Below, in pieces: positions 22,127-32,000 of a stretch of 32,000 nucleotides of DNA (its first letter is position 1; each line of letters begins with the position of its first letter). The stretch is taken from positions 1,500,001 through 1,532,000 of the forward strand of contig NZ_CP045650.1 in NCBI RefSeq assembly GCF_009557235.1, written 5' to 3'. The stretch comes from Acinetobacter wanghuae. Its GTDB lineage: Bacteria; Pseudomonadota; Gammaproteobacteria; Pseudomonadales; Moraxellaceae. The translations under genes were made by a program, and so were the position numbers. The notes below the pieces were generated by a model. The model made no database searches. It was not told where the DNA came from and worked only from the letters and a program-made list of their open reading frames with translations.

Positions 22127-22531
22127 TTAAGGAATGGCATTTTGCATACGTTGACCCATTTGCTCTGCTAAAGCTTCCAAACCCGACTTAGATCGAATCA
22201 TGACTTCAAAATCAATAATTTGACCTTGCTCATTCAATTGAATCATATCAATTCCTTTGAGTTTTTTATCGCCCACATTGGCAGAAAACTCCAACACAAT
22301 ATTATTGCCATCGTGACTATAAAATTCACGATGGTATTGAAAATTCTCAAATACTTGAATGACATTGGTTAAGATGAAGTAGACGATTTGCTTACCGGAA
22401 TAAGGGTTAAATGCAACGGGTGAGCGAAACATCACATCATCAGCCAACAGCTCATTCAGGATAGACATATCACGTGTTTGCAGCATTTCATGCCAACGTA
22501 ACAAGGTTTTTTGGGTGGTTTCGAGTGTCAT
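22127..22531 (-). CDS. NTF2-fold (SnoaL-like) protein
   Basis: 134 aa. Size and pattern (W..ML...D...L..LLADDVMFRSPV) are typical of SnoaL-like/NTF2 family proteins. Function is unknown. Confidence 0.6.
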   Translation of the reverse strand: MTLETTQKTLLRWHEMLQTRDMSILNELLADDVMFRSPVAFNPYSGKQIVYFILTNVIQVFENFQYHREFYSHDGNNIVLEFSANVGDKKLKGIDMIQLNEQGQIIDFEVMIRSKSGLEALAEQMGQRMQNAIP

Positions 22532-22570
22532 TTTTGTGTCCTTTTTTATTGTGGTTTATCTTTTAGAAAA

Positions 22571-22751
22571 AATCCCCCCTGAAAGAGATTTAAGCACTGC
22601 TTTAAATTGAAGCGCAAGAAAGGGGGATTAGGGGGATTCTGTTGTTTCAGAATAGAATCCTCTCCCTAACCCTCTCCTTTAATAAAGGAGAGGGAACGTT
22701 GCAAATCAACTTTCTTTCATGACAATTTCGTATGAAAGCAAAAATTGTCAT
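22571..22751. repeat. Cluster of intergenic palindromic hairpins (REP-like composite element)
   Basis: AATCCCCC (22571) pairs with GGGGGATT (22622). AGGGGGATT is tandemly duplicated at 22621-22638. Other pairs are ATTCTG/CAGAAT at 22636-22653, CCCTCTCCTTT-AATAA-AGGAGAGGG at 22670-22694, and ATGACAATTT-N13-AAATTGTCAT at 22719-22751. Confidence 0.6.
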
Positions 22752-22768
22752 CTTATAAGTTTTATCAA

Positions 22769-24802
<2,034 letters not shown>

Positions 24803-24872
24803 TTAGCGTGCTTGCGCTGGCTATCCTTTTTATCGTGTGCATCAAGAATGTATCTTAAAAAGACAGCTTCTT

Positions 24873-24931
24873 TGCAACTTGTTGCATTATTTTATAAGTC
24901 AGAATTGATTTTTATGCAACATGTTGCATAA
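24873..24931. promoter_or_regulatory. Two dyad-symmetric sites TGCAAC-N2-GTTGCA in the fadH/padR divergent region (putative operator pair)
   Basis: Site 1 is TGCAACTTGTTGCA at 24873-24886. Site 2 is a 20-bp perfect palindrome, TTATGCAACATGTTGCATAA, at 24912-24931. The centres are 42 bp apart. Confidence 0.5.
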
Positions 24932-24960
24932 TGAATGCTCCGTCATTTTTCGAGTTATTT

Positions 24961-25497
24961 ATGTCATTGTCTTATGTATTACTGACCAGTTTAATTGAAA
25001 AACCCAGTACAGGCATTGACTTAGCGCGACGCTTTGACCGTTCTATGGGTTTTTTCTGGAATGCAACGCATCAGCAGATTTATCGTGAATTAAGCGCCAT
25101 GCTACAAAAAGGCTGGATTTCGACGATTGAACATGAAGATGCCACCTCGCGTAAAAAGACCTATCAAGTCGAACAACTTGGTCGCGAACAACTTGCTGCG
25201 TGGATGCTAGAACAAAGTCCACCCGCACAGTTACGCGAAGAACTCATGGTACGTTTACGTGCCGAAGCGCAATTTGGTGGCAATCGCACTTTACCCGAAC
25301 TTGAACGCCATTTAAGCTTACACAAAGAAAAACTCGCGGTGTATCAGCAGATTTTTAATAAAGACTTCCAACATGCTGACGAACCTGATCGAACCCTTTA
25401 TATTCATCAAATGATTTTGCAACTTGGAATCGAACAAGAACGAGGTTGGATTAAGTGGCTCGAAACCATCATTCCAAAACTTAAACAATTCAAATAA
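24961..25497 (+). CDS. PadR-family transcriptional regulator (with C-terminal extension domain)
   Basis: MSLSYVLLTSLIEKPSTGIDLARRF...WNATHQQIYRELSAMLQKGWI is a typical PadR winged helix. I prefer the ATG at 24961 because the upstream ATG at 24931 lies inside the 20-bp palindrome. The ORF track start at 24931 is not excluded. Confidence 0.8.
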   Translation: MSLSYVLLTSLIEKPSTGIDLARRFDRSMGFFWNATHQQIYRELSAMLQKGWISTIEHEDATSRKKTYQVEQLGREQLAAWMLEQSPPAQLREELMVRLRAEAQFGGNRTLPELERHLSLHKEKLAVYQQIFNKDFQHADEPDRTLYIHQMILQLGIEQERGWIKWLETIIPKLKQFK

Positions 25498-25518
25498 TTT
25501 AAAACAAAGGATTTACAC

Positions 25519-26427
25519 ATGCCTTTTTATCAAATGCCCGATGGTGAACAACTTTTTGTCCGTCAATATGGTCAAAGTCAACCGGTATTGGTGTTATCTG
25601 GTTTGGGTATGCTCAGTTGGCAATGGTCCGCGTTTTTATATCCACATCGTAAAAAATATCAATTTATTATTCCCGAATGGCGTGGTTTTGGCGCATCGAG
25701 TGGCTGTCGTATTCCAAATTTGGATGCCATTTCAAGTCATTGGCAGGATGTCGCATCACTACTTGAGCAAATGCAACTTGATCAAGTCAAAGTCATTGCT
25801 TATTCGATGGGTGCTACTACCACCATGCACGGCTTGCAATACGGCGATTTTGCCAAACATATCTCAGCTTATCTGCATATTGATCAAACACCAAAAATCA
25901 CAGTAGATGATACATGGCAATATGGTTTATTTGGACAAAAGCATGCGCAATTTAAAGCAATATTAAAAGAGTTATCGACTGTATTAGCTGCGCATCAAAA
26001 TATAGTCTTGATGAAAGACTTAACGCTTGAAACGCGTCAACACATTGCCGATCTTTGGCTACAATTTATCGCGCTACAAAATAGTCATCCATACAGCTTA
26101 AAAGCATTTCAATGGGCCCTAAATCAACCTCGTTTACAAAGCGTATTTTTACCTTCCGCGCGTGTCGATTATATGGCGTGGTATATCAACAATTATTTAC
26201 ATCATTCGGAAGATTATCGCGCTGCCATTCAAACGTTAAAATGCCCTGTCACGTTCTTTAGTGGGGTTCAATCCAAGCTTTACCCAATTGAAGGTCAAAA
26301 TCAAATTGCTGCCAGCTTGCCACAAGCCAAACAAATTCGTTTTGAAAAATCTGGGCATACGCCTCTTCTTCATGAACCGATTAAATTCGGTAAAGAAATT
26401 GCGCGCTTTTTGAGAAACATCGCCTAG
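25519..26427 (+). CDS. Alpha/beta hydrolase
   Basis: 302 aa, with the nucleophile elbow YSMGA and a C-terminal SGHTPLLHEP (catalytic His context). AAGGA lies 8 nt upstream. It starts 21 nt after padR, so the two are probably co-transcribed. Confidence 0.8.
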   Translation: MPFYQMPDGEQLFVRQYGQSQPVLVLSGLGMLSWQWSAFLYPHRKKYQFIIPEWRGFGASSGCRIPNLDAISSHWQDVASLLEQMQLDQVKVIAYSMGATTTMHGLQYGDFAKHISAYLHIDQTPKITVDDTWQYGLFGQKHAQFKAILKELSTVLAAHQNIVLMKDLTLETRQHIADLWLQFIALQNSHPYSLKAFQWALNQPRLQSVFLPSARVDYMAWYINNYLHHSEDYRAAIQTLKCPVTFFSGVQSKLYPIEGQNQIAASLPQAKQIRFEKSGHTPLLHEPIKFGKEIARFLRNIA

Positions 26428-26584
26428 CTCTTCCAATTAGTTGTTAAATAAGGGAATGGATGATTGTTTTCCGCATGAAAAATGAAAGGATGCGTTGCCC
26501 ATTTACCCAATAAAACATGCTTTTGGTTGACAGATTAGGACAATATAATTTTAATCAGACCATCGTTGCATAAATGGAATTGGA

Positions 26585-27484
26585 ATGTTGACCGATCTTG
26601 ATGATTTTTACTGTTTTGCCCAAGTCGTTGAGCATGGCGGCTTTAGCGCAGCTGAACGTGCCACTGACATTCCAAAATCTAAACTCAGTCGTCGTGTTTA
26701 TAATTTAGAAGAGCGTCTAGGTGTACGCTTAATCCAACGCACTTCGCGGCATTTTGCCGTCACTGATATTGGCATGAATATTTTTCGTCATGCACAGGTC
26801 ATGTTAAATGCAGCACAAGCGGCACATGATTTGGTCGATCATTTAAGTACCGAGCCACGCGGTACGATTAAAGTCAGCCTACCGGTATCAATTGCGCAAA
26901 ATGAACTTGCCAAAGTCCTGCCGCAATTTTTAAAACAATATCCACAAATTAAACTGCAAATGATGGTGACCAATCGCCGTGTCGATATTATTAATGAAGG
27001 CTTTGATTTAGCATTAAGAGTACGTTCTAATTTAGATGACGATCCAAATCTAGTCATTCGCCAATTTGATAAAATTGAGCAGCATCTCTATGCCAGCCAA
27101 GGCTATTTAAATGAATTTGGCGATTTAAAACAGCCTGAACAATTGGCTGAACATAAGATTTTAAGCATCGCGGAAGATCATACGGAGCAATTTATTCTGC
27201 TTCAGGATCAACATCAGCAACAGCAAAAAGTGCGGGTCATGCCAACGATTTTAGGCTCAGACTTAATTATGATGTCCAAATTAGCAGCTGCTGGTTGTGG
27301 CATTACCTTACTGCCTGATAATGTCGTACAACATTATGTGGATCGTGGTGAATTGGTGAAAGTCTTACCCGATTGGAAGTCTGCTCAAGGTATTTTCCAT
27401 ATGGTCTATCCATCACGTCGTGGCTTGCTGCCTGCGGTACGGGTATTTATTGATTATTTGGTTGAACATTTACCACACGCTTGA
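26585..27484 (+). CDS. LysR-family transcriptional regulator
   Basis: 299 aa, with an N-terminal helix-turn-helix (FYCFAQVVEHGGFSAAERATDIPKSKLSRRVYNLEERLGVRLIQRTSR) and a LysR substrate-binding domain. Confidence 0.9.
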   Translation: MLTDLDDFYCFAQVVEHGGFSAAERATDIPKSKLSRRVYNLEERLGVRLIQRTSRHFAVTDIGMNIFRHAQVMLNAAQAAHDLVDHLSTEPRGTIKVSLPVSIAQNELAKVLPQFLKQYPQIKLQMMVTNRRVDIINEGFDLALRVRSNLDDDPNLVIRQFDKIEQHLYASQGYLNEFGDLKQPEQLAEHKILSIAEDHTEQFILLQDQHQQQQKVRVMPTILGSDLIMMSKLAAAGCGITLLPDNVVQHYVDRGELVKVLPDWKSAQGIFHMVYPSRRGLLPAVRVFIDYLVEHLPHA

Positions 27485-27525
27485 AAAGAATATGGATAGC
27501 AGATTTAAGCCACACATCGGTAGAC

Positions 27526-27553
27526 AAAAAAAAGCTCATCCTGGAGGATAAGC
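27526..27553 (-). terminator. Minus-strand rho-independent terminator (distal to map)
   Basis: The minus strand reads GCTTATCC-TCCA-GGATGAGC followed by T8, seen as A8 at 27526-33 on the plus strand. Confidence 0.6.
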
Positions 27554-27566
27554 GAAAATAGAGTCA

Positions 27567-27639
27567 CTACAGCGTGGGATCTCTAGTTAAAAAATTAGCT
27601 AAATTTAAAAGAGAGATCCACTTCAGGCTGTAGTTTTTT
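27567..27639 (+). terminator. Long interrupted hairpin followed by T6 (plus-strand terminator for lysR, or a stand-alone structured element)
   Basis: CTACAGC+GTGGGATCTCT (27567-27584) pairs with AGAGATCCAC (27612-27621) and GCTGTAG (27627-27633). There is one bulged G and a 5-nt internal loop. TTTTTT follows at 27634-27639. Confidence 0.55.
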
Positions 27640-27721
27640 GTTCAATTAAGTATTTGATCGATCAATTCTTGTAAAATATGTAAGTGTGTCATTACATTGT
27701 AGTAACAGACAACACACAACA

Positions 27722-28516
27722 TTAGATTTCAGGATATTCGCCTGTACCTTCTGGCCAAGGTGATAGCAATTCAAAACCAGTCTCTGTCACATAAACCATA
27801 TGTTCCCATTGTGCAGATAAAGATTTGTCTGCGGTCACAACTGTCCAACCATCTTTGAGTTCTTTCACCCGTGCTTTACCTGCATTCACCATCGGTTCAA
27901 TGGTAAACACCATGCCGGGAACCAGTTTAATGCCTTGCCCCGGTTGACCGTAATGTAAAATGTTCGGCTGTTCATGATAGACCTTACCAATACCATGACC
28001 GCAATACTCACGCACAATGCTATAGCCTTCACGATGCGCCACAGATTGAATGGCATAACCAACATCGCCCAAGGTTGCACCCGGTTTAACGGCATGAATG
28101 CCCGCAACCATCGCTTCATAAGTGGTATTCACCAAACGTTTTGCTTCTGGTGATGGCGTACCGACATAGTACATACGACTGGTATCACCAAAGTAACCAT
28201 CTTTAATAATTGCGACATCAATATTAATAATATCGCCGTCTTTTAAAATCGTGTTCGTCGATGGAATCCCGTGACACACCACTTCATTTGGTGAAATACA
28301 AGTGGTTTTGGTATAGCCGTAATAACCGACATTGGCAGGAATCACTTGCAATGTATTGACAATAAAATCGTTGCACAGATCATCTAAATATTCGGTCGTC
28401 ACGCCGGGCTTCACGTGCTCGCCAATCATCGCTAAAACGTCCGCGGCTAAGCGCCCCGAGATACGAAGTTTTTCAATATCTTGTGCCGTTTTTAGATTAA
28501 TTGCTGCAGCTCTCAT
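27722..28516 (-). CDS. map: Type I methionine aminopeptidase
   Basis: From the ATG at 28516 it reads MRAAAINLKTAQDIEKLRISGRLAA..., 264 aa, with a GAGGA Shine-Dalgarno upstream. Metal ligands are in the expected contexts (DIINIDV, GHGIG, FTIEP, QWEH). The 33-codon extension in the ORF track is rejected. Confidence 0.93.
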   Translation of the reverse strand: MRAAAINLKTAQDIEKLRISGRLAADVLAMIGEHVKPGVTTEYLDDLCNDFIVNTLQVIPANVGYYGYTKTTCISPNEVVCHGIPSTNTILKDGDIINIDVAIIKDGYFGDTSRMYYVGTPSPEAKRLVNTTYEAMVAGIHAVKPGATLGDVGYAIQSVAHREGYSIVREYCGHGIGKVYHEQPNILHYGQPGQGIKLVPGMVFTIEPMVNAGKARVKELKDGWTVVTADKSLSAQWEHMVYVTETGFELLSPWPEGTGEYPEI

Positions 28517-28850
28517 GTGCCCATCCTCATAATGAATATCAGAATTATAGACCTTTTTGTGCAATGTGTCGCATTTGGCTAAAACGCAGCAATGATAAGG
28601 ACCAATGACACACACTTTTCGATGATTTATTGTGCAATTAAATGCTTTAGCAAATATGAATGGATCATTGAAATTTAAGACCCTAAAAATGATTTATATA
28701 TTTTTTAGCCTGATATCAAACATATATTTTGATCAATCGTTTTATTTAGCCGTATATTTGATATTTTCAGAACTTGAACACTTAAAAAAATCTCCAAAAA
28801 TAAAGAGCTATGCTCTAAAATCGCTGTTTTTGGTCGATTGATCTCCCTCT

Positions 28851-30137
28851 ATGACAATTCTCCGTACTCGAGATATTGTTGCCCTTGGCTTTATGACATT
28901 TGCACTTTTCATTGGTGCGGGCAACATTATCTTTCCACCCATTGTGGCACAGCAAGCGGGTGAGCATGTATGGCTCGCTGCCTTTGGTTTTTTAATCACG
29001 GCGGTTGGTCTACCGGTTCTCACCATTGTCGCTTTGTCTCGTGTTGAAGGTTCAATTCAAAACTTAAGTTCCCCTATTGGTAAATATGCCAGTCTCATTT
29101 TGACTGTGGCATGTTACTTGGCAGTGGGTCCTTTATTTGCAACACCACGCACAGCGACCGTTTCTTATGAAATTGGTTTCTCATCTTATTTTGGTGATGC
29201 ACCAAGCTCATTGTTTATTTATAGCGTGGTTTACTTTGCGATCGTGACTGTCGTGTCGCTGTATCCAAATAAGATTTTAGATACCGTTGGCTACTTCTTA
29301 TCACCGCTTAAAATTATTGGTTTAATTATTTTAGGTGTCTCTGCTGTTTTCATTTCATCAGGTGAACCACCAGCCGCGATCGATAATTATGTCAATAGTC
29401 CTGTCTCTGAAGGCATCGTCAATGGTTACTTAACCATGGATACTTTAGGTGCATTGGTATTTGGTATTGTGATTGTGAAAGCCATTACTTCTCGTGGCGT
29501 GACCGACTCTAAACTCATTACCAAATACGCAGTCAATGCTGCGATTATTTCAGGTATTGGTTTAACACTGGTGTATTTAAGCCTGTTTAAACTGGGCTTA
29601 GGTAGTCATGGTTTCGCTCCAAATGCTGCCAATGGCGCGATTATTTTGCATGCGTATGTGCAACATGCGTTTGGTGATATGGGCGCTTACTTCCTTGCGA
29701 CTATGATCTTTGTGGCATGTATGGTCACTGCAATTGGCTTAACCTGTGCATGTGCTGAATACTTCTCATCGATTACCAAAATTTCATACAAAGTCTTTGT
29801 GTTTATTTTGGTCGGCTTCTCTTTGGTGATTTCAAACCTTGGTTTAACCAAATTGATCGCGGTATCTGTACCGGTATTAAGTGCAATTTACCCACCTGCC
29901 ATTGCTGTCATTTTACTTAGCTTCTCTGCACAGTGGTTTAAGAAACCCTCTACTGTCATTGCGCCTGTCACCTTAGTTGCTTTTATTTTCGGTGTTTTTG
30001 ACGGTATAAAAGTTGCAGGCTTTGAATTGCTAAATGCTTTAGCACATTTACCTCTTTCAGAACAAAACCTTGCATGGCTCATCCCATCCTTTATTGTTCT
30101 TGTGATTACAGCTGTGATTGACCGTATTAGAAACTAA
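28851..30137 (+). CDS. brnQ: Branched-chain amino acid transport system II carrier (LIVCS family)
   Basis: 428 aa and colinear with E. coli BrnQ ([54 protein letters not shown]). Confidence 0.93.
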   Translation: MTILRTRDIVALGFMTFALFIGAGNIIFPPIVAQQAGEHVWLAAFGFLITAVGLPVLTIVALSRVEGSIQNLSSPIGKYASLILTVACYLAVGPLFATPRTATVSYEIGFSSYFGDAPSSLFIYSVVYFAIVTVVSLYPNKILDTVGYFLSPLKIIGLIILGVSAVFISSGEPPAAIDNYVNSPVSEGIVNGYLTMDTLGALVFGIVIVKAITSRGVTDSKLITKYAVNAAIISGIGLTLVYLSLFKLGLGSHGFAPNAANGAIILHAYVQHAFGDMGAYFLATMIFVACMVTAIGLTCACAEYFSSITKISYKVFVFILVGFSLVISNLGLTKLIAVSVPVLSAIYPPAIAVILLSFSAQWFKKPSTVIAPVTLVAFIFGVFDGIKVAGFELLNALAHLPLSEQNLAWLIPSFIVLVITAVIDRIRN

Positions 30138-30708
30138 TCTTTCTATGTCAGTGTCATAAAATGAAGTTTTTACCCAAAACTTGATTTAAGCGTATCAATA
30201 ATTGGTCTTGTTTTACCCAAACGACCTATTATTGAACATCATGCACTGACCTCATCTCAGCTTGATACAGTTCAACCCATTCGTGCCTAAATTGCAACAC
30301 TGCTCATTTTTTGTTAGTATTCATTATAAATAAACGTTAGTTTATGCTTTTCTATTTGAATTTTTTATTCTTTTTCCTATTGATCCAACTTAAATTCACT
30401 ACACTCAACTCAATCACCTGATAAGCAACGACCGTCATTATCACTTTGGCGCGTAATTTGCTTTATTTATCCTGTATCAGCATTTTATTATTTGAATGTT
30501 CACATCTTTCAATGCTGTTCATTCAATAAATAATCATGCAGATACAATTACTTAAGCCCATAGTCGACATTGTATGATTTTATTTGATTTAGATATCTAT
30601 TTTAGCCACTTGAAATAGGGTCGTATTCACAGTACAACTATAGATTCAATTCCGATTAAATCGTTATGTTTTAGTCGTCTATAACATTAAAAAATGGGAG
30701 GGATGGAG

Positions 30709-30924
30709 ATGTTATCATTACATTTCAATAAGCAAGTCTTCATTGACGCTCTTAAAGCCAACACCAATCTGGTCGTGTTTATCAGCACCACCATAGCGCT
30801 TATGCTGACTTTAATCGTGCATGGATTAATTCAAGGCAACCTGAAGTTGGAGTACTTCATTTATGCCGTCATTGTGTCAATCGCATTCTATATGTGGGCG
30901 GTCATTGACCAAAAGTATCGCTAA
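30709..30924 (+). CDS. Small two-TM membrane protein, hypothetical
   Basis: GGGAGG at 30696-30701 lies 7 nt before the ATG at 30709. The ORF track starts at 30694. Two hydrophobic helices. No family recognised. Confidence 0.4.
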   Translation: MLSLHFNKQVFIDALKANTNLVVFISTTIALMLTLIVHGLIQGNLKLEYFIYAVIVSIAFYMWAVIDQKYR

Positions 30925-30941
30925 TCAACAGCTTGGTTGAG

Positions 30942-30974
30942 CCTTATGGATGATCCGACCCATCTTCCATAAGG
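30942..30974. terminator. Perfect 9-bp hairpin between convergent genes (no U-tract)
   Basis: CCTTATGGA-N15-TCCATAAGG. Confidence 0.35.
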
Positions 30975-31006
30975 TAGATAAAAATAAAATATTAAATTCA
31001 AAATAA

Positions 31007-31456
31007 TTAAAATAAAGCCAAACCTGCGCCGAGTAGCAACAGCCCTGTCCCACCCAATTCCGCAAAAATCAAAGCATACATTGCCAAACGCATGAGTATG
31101 CGTGGCAGTTGAAAGCGTCCTAATTGATGAGGCTCTTTAAATTGATTGGTCGTGTCTTTTAACACGCCATGCAAAATATAAGCGCCAATCGAAAAACTAA
31201 AAAATGCGATATTTAAAATGACGCAGAGCAAATTGAGCCATTCATCAAAAAGCGAATAATAAGCGAGGACTGCCAAAATCAAGCTTGCTGGGGCATAAAG
31301 TAAACTGCTGCGATGGGCAATATCGACATAATAATGCGCCCGTGCCTGCGGTGAACGAGCAATTTGTAGATATTTCCAAACCCCTGTCAGCATACCAATC
31401 CACAGATATGCTCCACTCGCGATAACTGCCAATTTAACGGCTAAACTCACTTCCAT
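31007..31456 (-). CDS. Integral membrane protein, hypothetical (4 predicted TM segments)
   Basis: 149-aa ORF, strongly hydrophobic. No family recognised from sequence alone. Confidence 0.55.
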   Translation of the reverse strand: MEVSLAVKLAVIASGAYLWIGMLTGVWKYLQIARSPQARAHYYVDIAHRSSLLYAPASLILAVLAYYSLFDEWLNLLCVILNIAFFSFSIGAYILHGVLKDTTNQFKEPHQLGRFQLPRILMRLAMYALIFAELGGTGLLLLGAGLALF

Positions 31457-31578
31457 GTCTTTATGTCATCCTCAATTGTTCTATTTTGTTTTGACTTTTA
31501 AGTCACAAACTTTACAGGTTTGGCTGTCAAATTTGTGTAAAGTTCCATCTAAATGATGATAAAAATTGAGTCTATTAC

Positions 31579-32000
31579 ATGTCAGAATTCAAAACATTGA
31601 CCGTAACTTGCCAAGATGGCTACGCTTTGGCTGCTCGATTTTATGCGGCAGATCCATCACAGCAAAAACCGCATCCGATTCTCATTTGTCCTGCGACGGG
31701 TATTGTGCAAGGCTTCTATCATCACTTTGCCGTGTGGTTGCAGCAGCAAGGCTATGATGTCATGGTGTTTGATTTTCGCGGTATCGGTCAGTCGCTGCAT
31801 GGTCCAGTCAAAAAATCGACCGCCAGTATTGTGCAATGGGGACAACTTGATATTCGCGCAATGATTGATGCTTTACTCGCTCATACGCAAGCAGAAAAAG
31901 TGATTTTGCTTGGACATAGTGCGGGCGGTCAACTGCTTGGGATCGTGCCGAATTATAGCAAAGTACAAAAAGTCATTGCGGTCTCAGGTTCAACCGGTCA
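31579..32000 (+). CDS. Alpha/beta hydrolase (N-terminal part; continues beyond the right edge)
   Basis: My translation from the ATG at 31579 reads MSEFKTLTVTCQDGYALAARFYAADPSQQKPHPILICPATGIVQGFYHHFAVWLQQQGYDVMVFDFRGIGQS...ILLGHSAGGQLLG..., with the GHSAG nucleophile elbow. The frame is open to position 32000, so it is absent from the ORF track. Confidence 0.75.
   Translation, partial: MSEFKTLTVTCQDGYALAARFYAADPSQQKPHPILICPATGIVQGFYHHFAVWLQQQGYDVMVFDFRGIGQSLHGPVKKSTASIVQWGQLDIRAMIDALLAHTQAEKVILLGHSAGGQLLGIVPNYSKVQKVIAVSGSTG

Noticed and set aside
25424-25906. A 160-aa ORF spanning the padR 3' end and the hydrolase 5' end in another frame.
   Set aside because: It overlaps two genes that have clear family motifs and proper Shine-Dalgarno spacing. 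Its sequence is low-complexity and Cys/Trp-rich, typical of an out-of-frame artefact.
26528-26556. TTGACA followed by TATAAT upstream of the LysR gene, considered as a sigma-70 promoter.
   Set aside because: The spacing between the two hexamers is only 11 bp. The hexamer at the correct 17-bp spacing (TTTAAT) is weak, so this was not reported as a feature.
28517-28615. N-terminal extensions in the ORF track for map (33 codons), and likewise for pyrG (20047-20094), eno (17455-17460), the porin (8001-8012) and possibly rodA (14985-15035).
   Set aside because: Canonical family N-termini (MRAAAI..., [10 protein letters not shown]..., [20 protein letters not shown]..., and MKKTF... with its signal peptide) begin at internal ATGs that have better Shine-Dalgarno spacing. 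The extensions have no homology-like features.
28632-28841. A 69-aa ORF in the map/brnQ divergent spacer.
   Set aside because: The region is very AT-rich and promoter-like. There is no Shine-Dalgarno sequence and it starts at GTG. The Ile/Phe/Leu/Lys-rich product is what AT-rich DNA yields by chance.
30419-30443. A Fur-box-like sequence, TGATAAGCAACGACCGTCATTATCA.
   Set aside because: The GATAA and TTATC arms are separated by 13 nt rather than forming the contiguous 19-bp GATAATGATAATCATTATC pattern. The middle is GC-rich and unrelated to the consensus.
31566-31864. Three short ORFs overlapping the 5' part of the terminal hydrolase gene: 63 aa and 82 aa on the plus strand, 62 aa on the minus strand.
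   Set aside because: The third plus-strand frame, from the ATG at 31579, is open to the window end and carries an alpha/beta-hydrolase GHSAG motif. The listed ORFs are out-of-frame or antisense artefacts.

Overview
This window reads as an ordinary, conserved chromosomal core segment of an AT-rich gammaproteobacterium. Protein sequences and gene order fit Acinetobacter/Moraxellaceae best, but that is an inference I could not verify by search.

Gene content, left to right:
- ycgL, a small membrane protein and a MoxR-like ATPase, tightly spaced, with rnd upstream on the same strand.
- metZ-ybaB-recR.
- A PhaC-like alpha/beta hydrolase and a 3-hydroxyisobutyrate-dehydrogenase-like oxidoreductase.
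- A small secreted YARHG-like protein and a HIT protein.
- A classical porin, flanked by long AT-rich spacers.
- A complete cytochrome bd operon, cydP-cydA-cydB-cydX-ybgE. The 33-aa cydX is absent from the ORF track.
- Two small hypothetical genes.
- The conserved minus-strand block pyrG-kdsA-eno-ftsB-ispD, followed by rodA.
- A disordered lipoprotein, a YheT-like hydrolase and an NTF2-like protein.
- fadH, divergent from a padR-hydrolase pair, followed by a LysR regulator.
- map, brnQ, two small membrane proteins and a partial alpha/beta hydrolase.

By eye I found no rRNA, tRNA, CRISPR array, transposase, integrase, phage gene or recognisable defence or toxin module. I did not find a convincing new multi-gene system, and every ORF of at least 100 aa that I accept has an ordinary interpretation.

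The items worth a second look are cis-elements:
- Twin TGCAAC-N2-GTTGCA palindromes between fadH and padR.
- An 11-bp-phased, Pho-box-like triple repeat upstream of the porin.
- A repeated motif in the roughly 400-bp cyd leader.
- A composite hairpin (REP-like) element downstream of fadH.
- Crossed terminators between lysR and map.
- An unexplained 550-bp non-coding stretch after brnQ.
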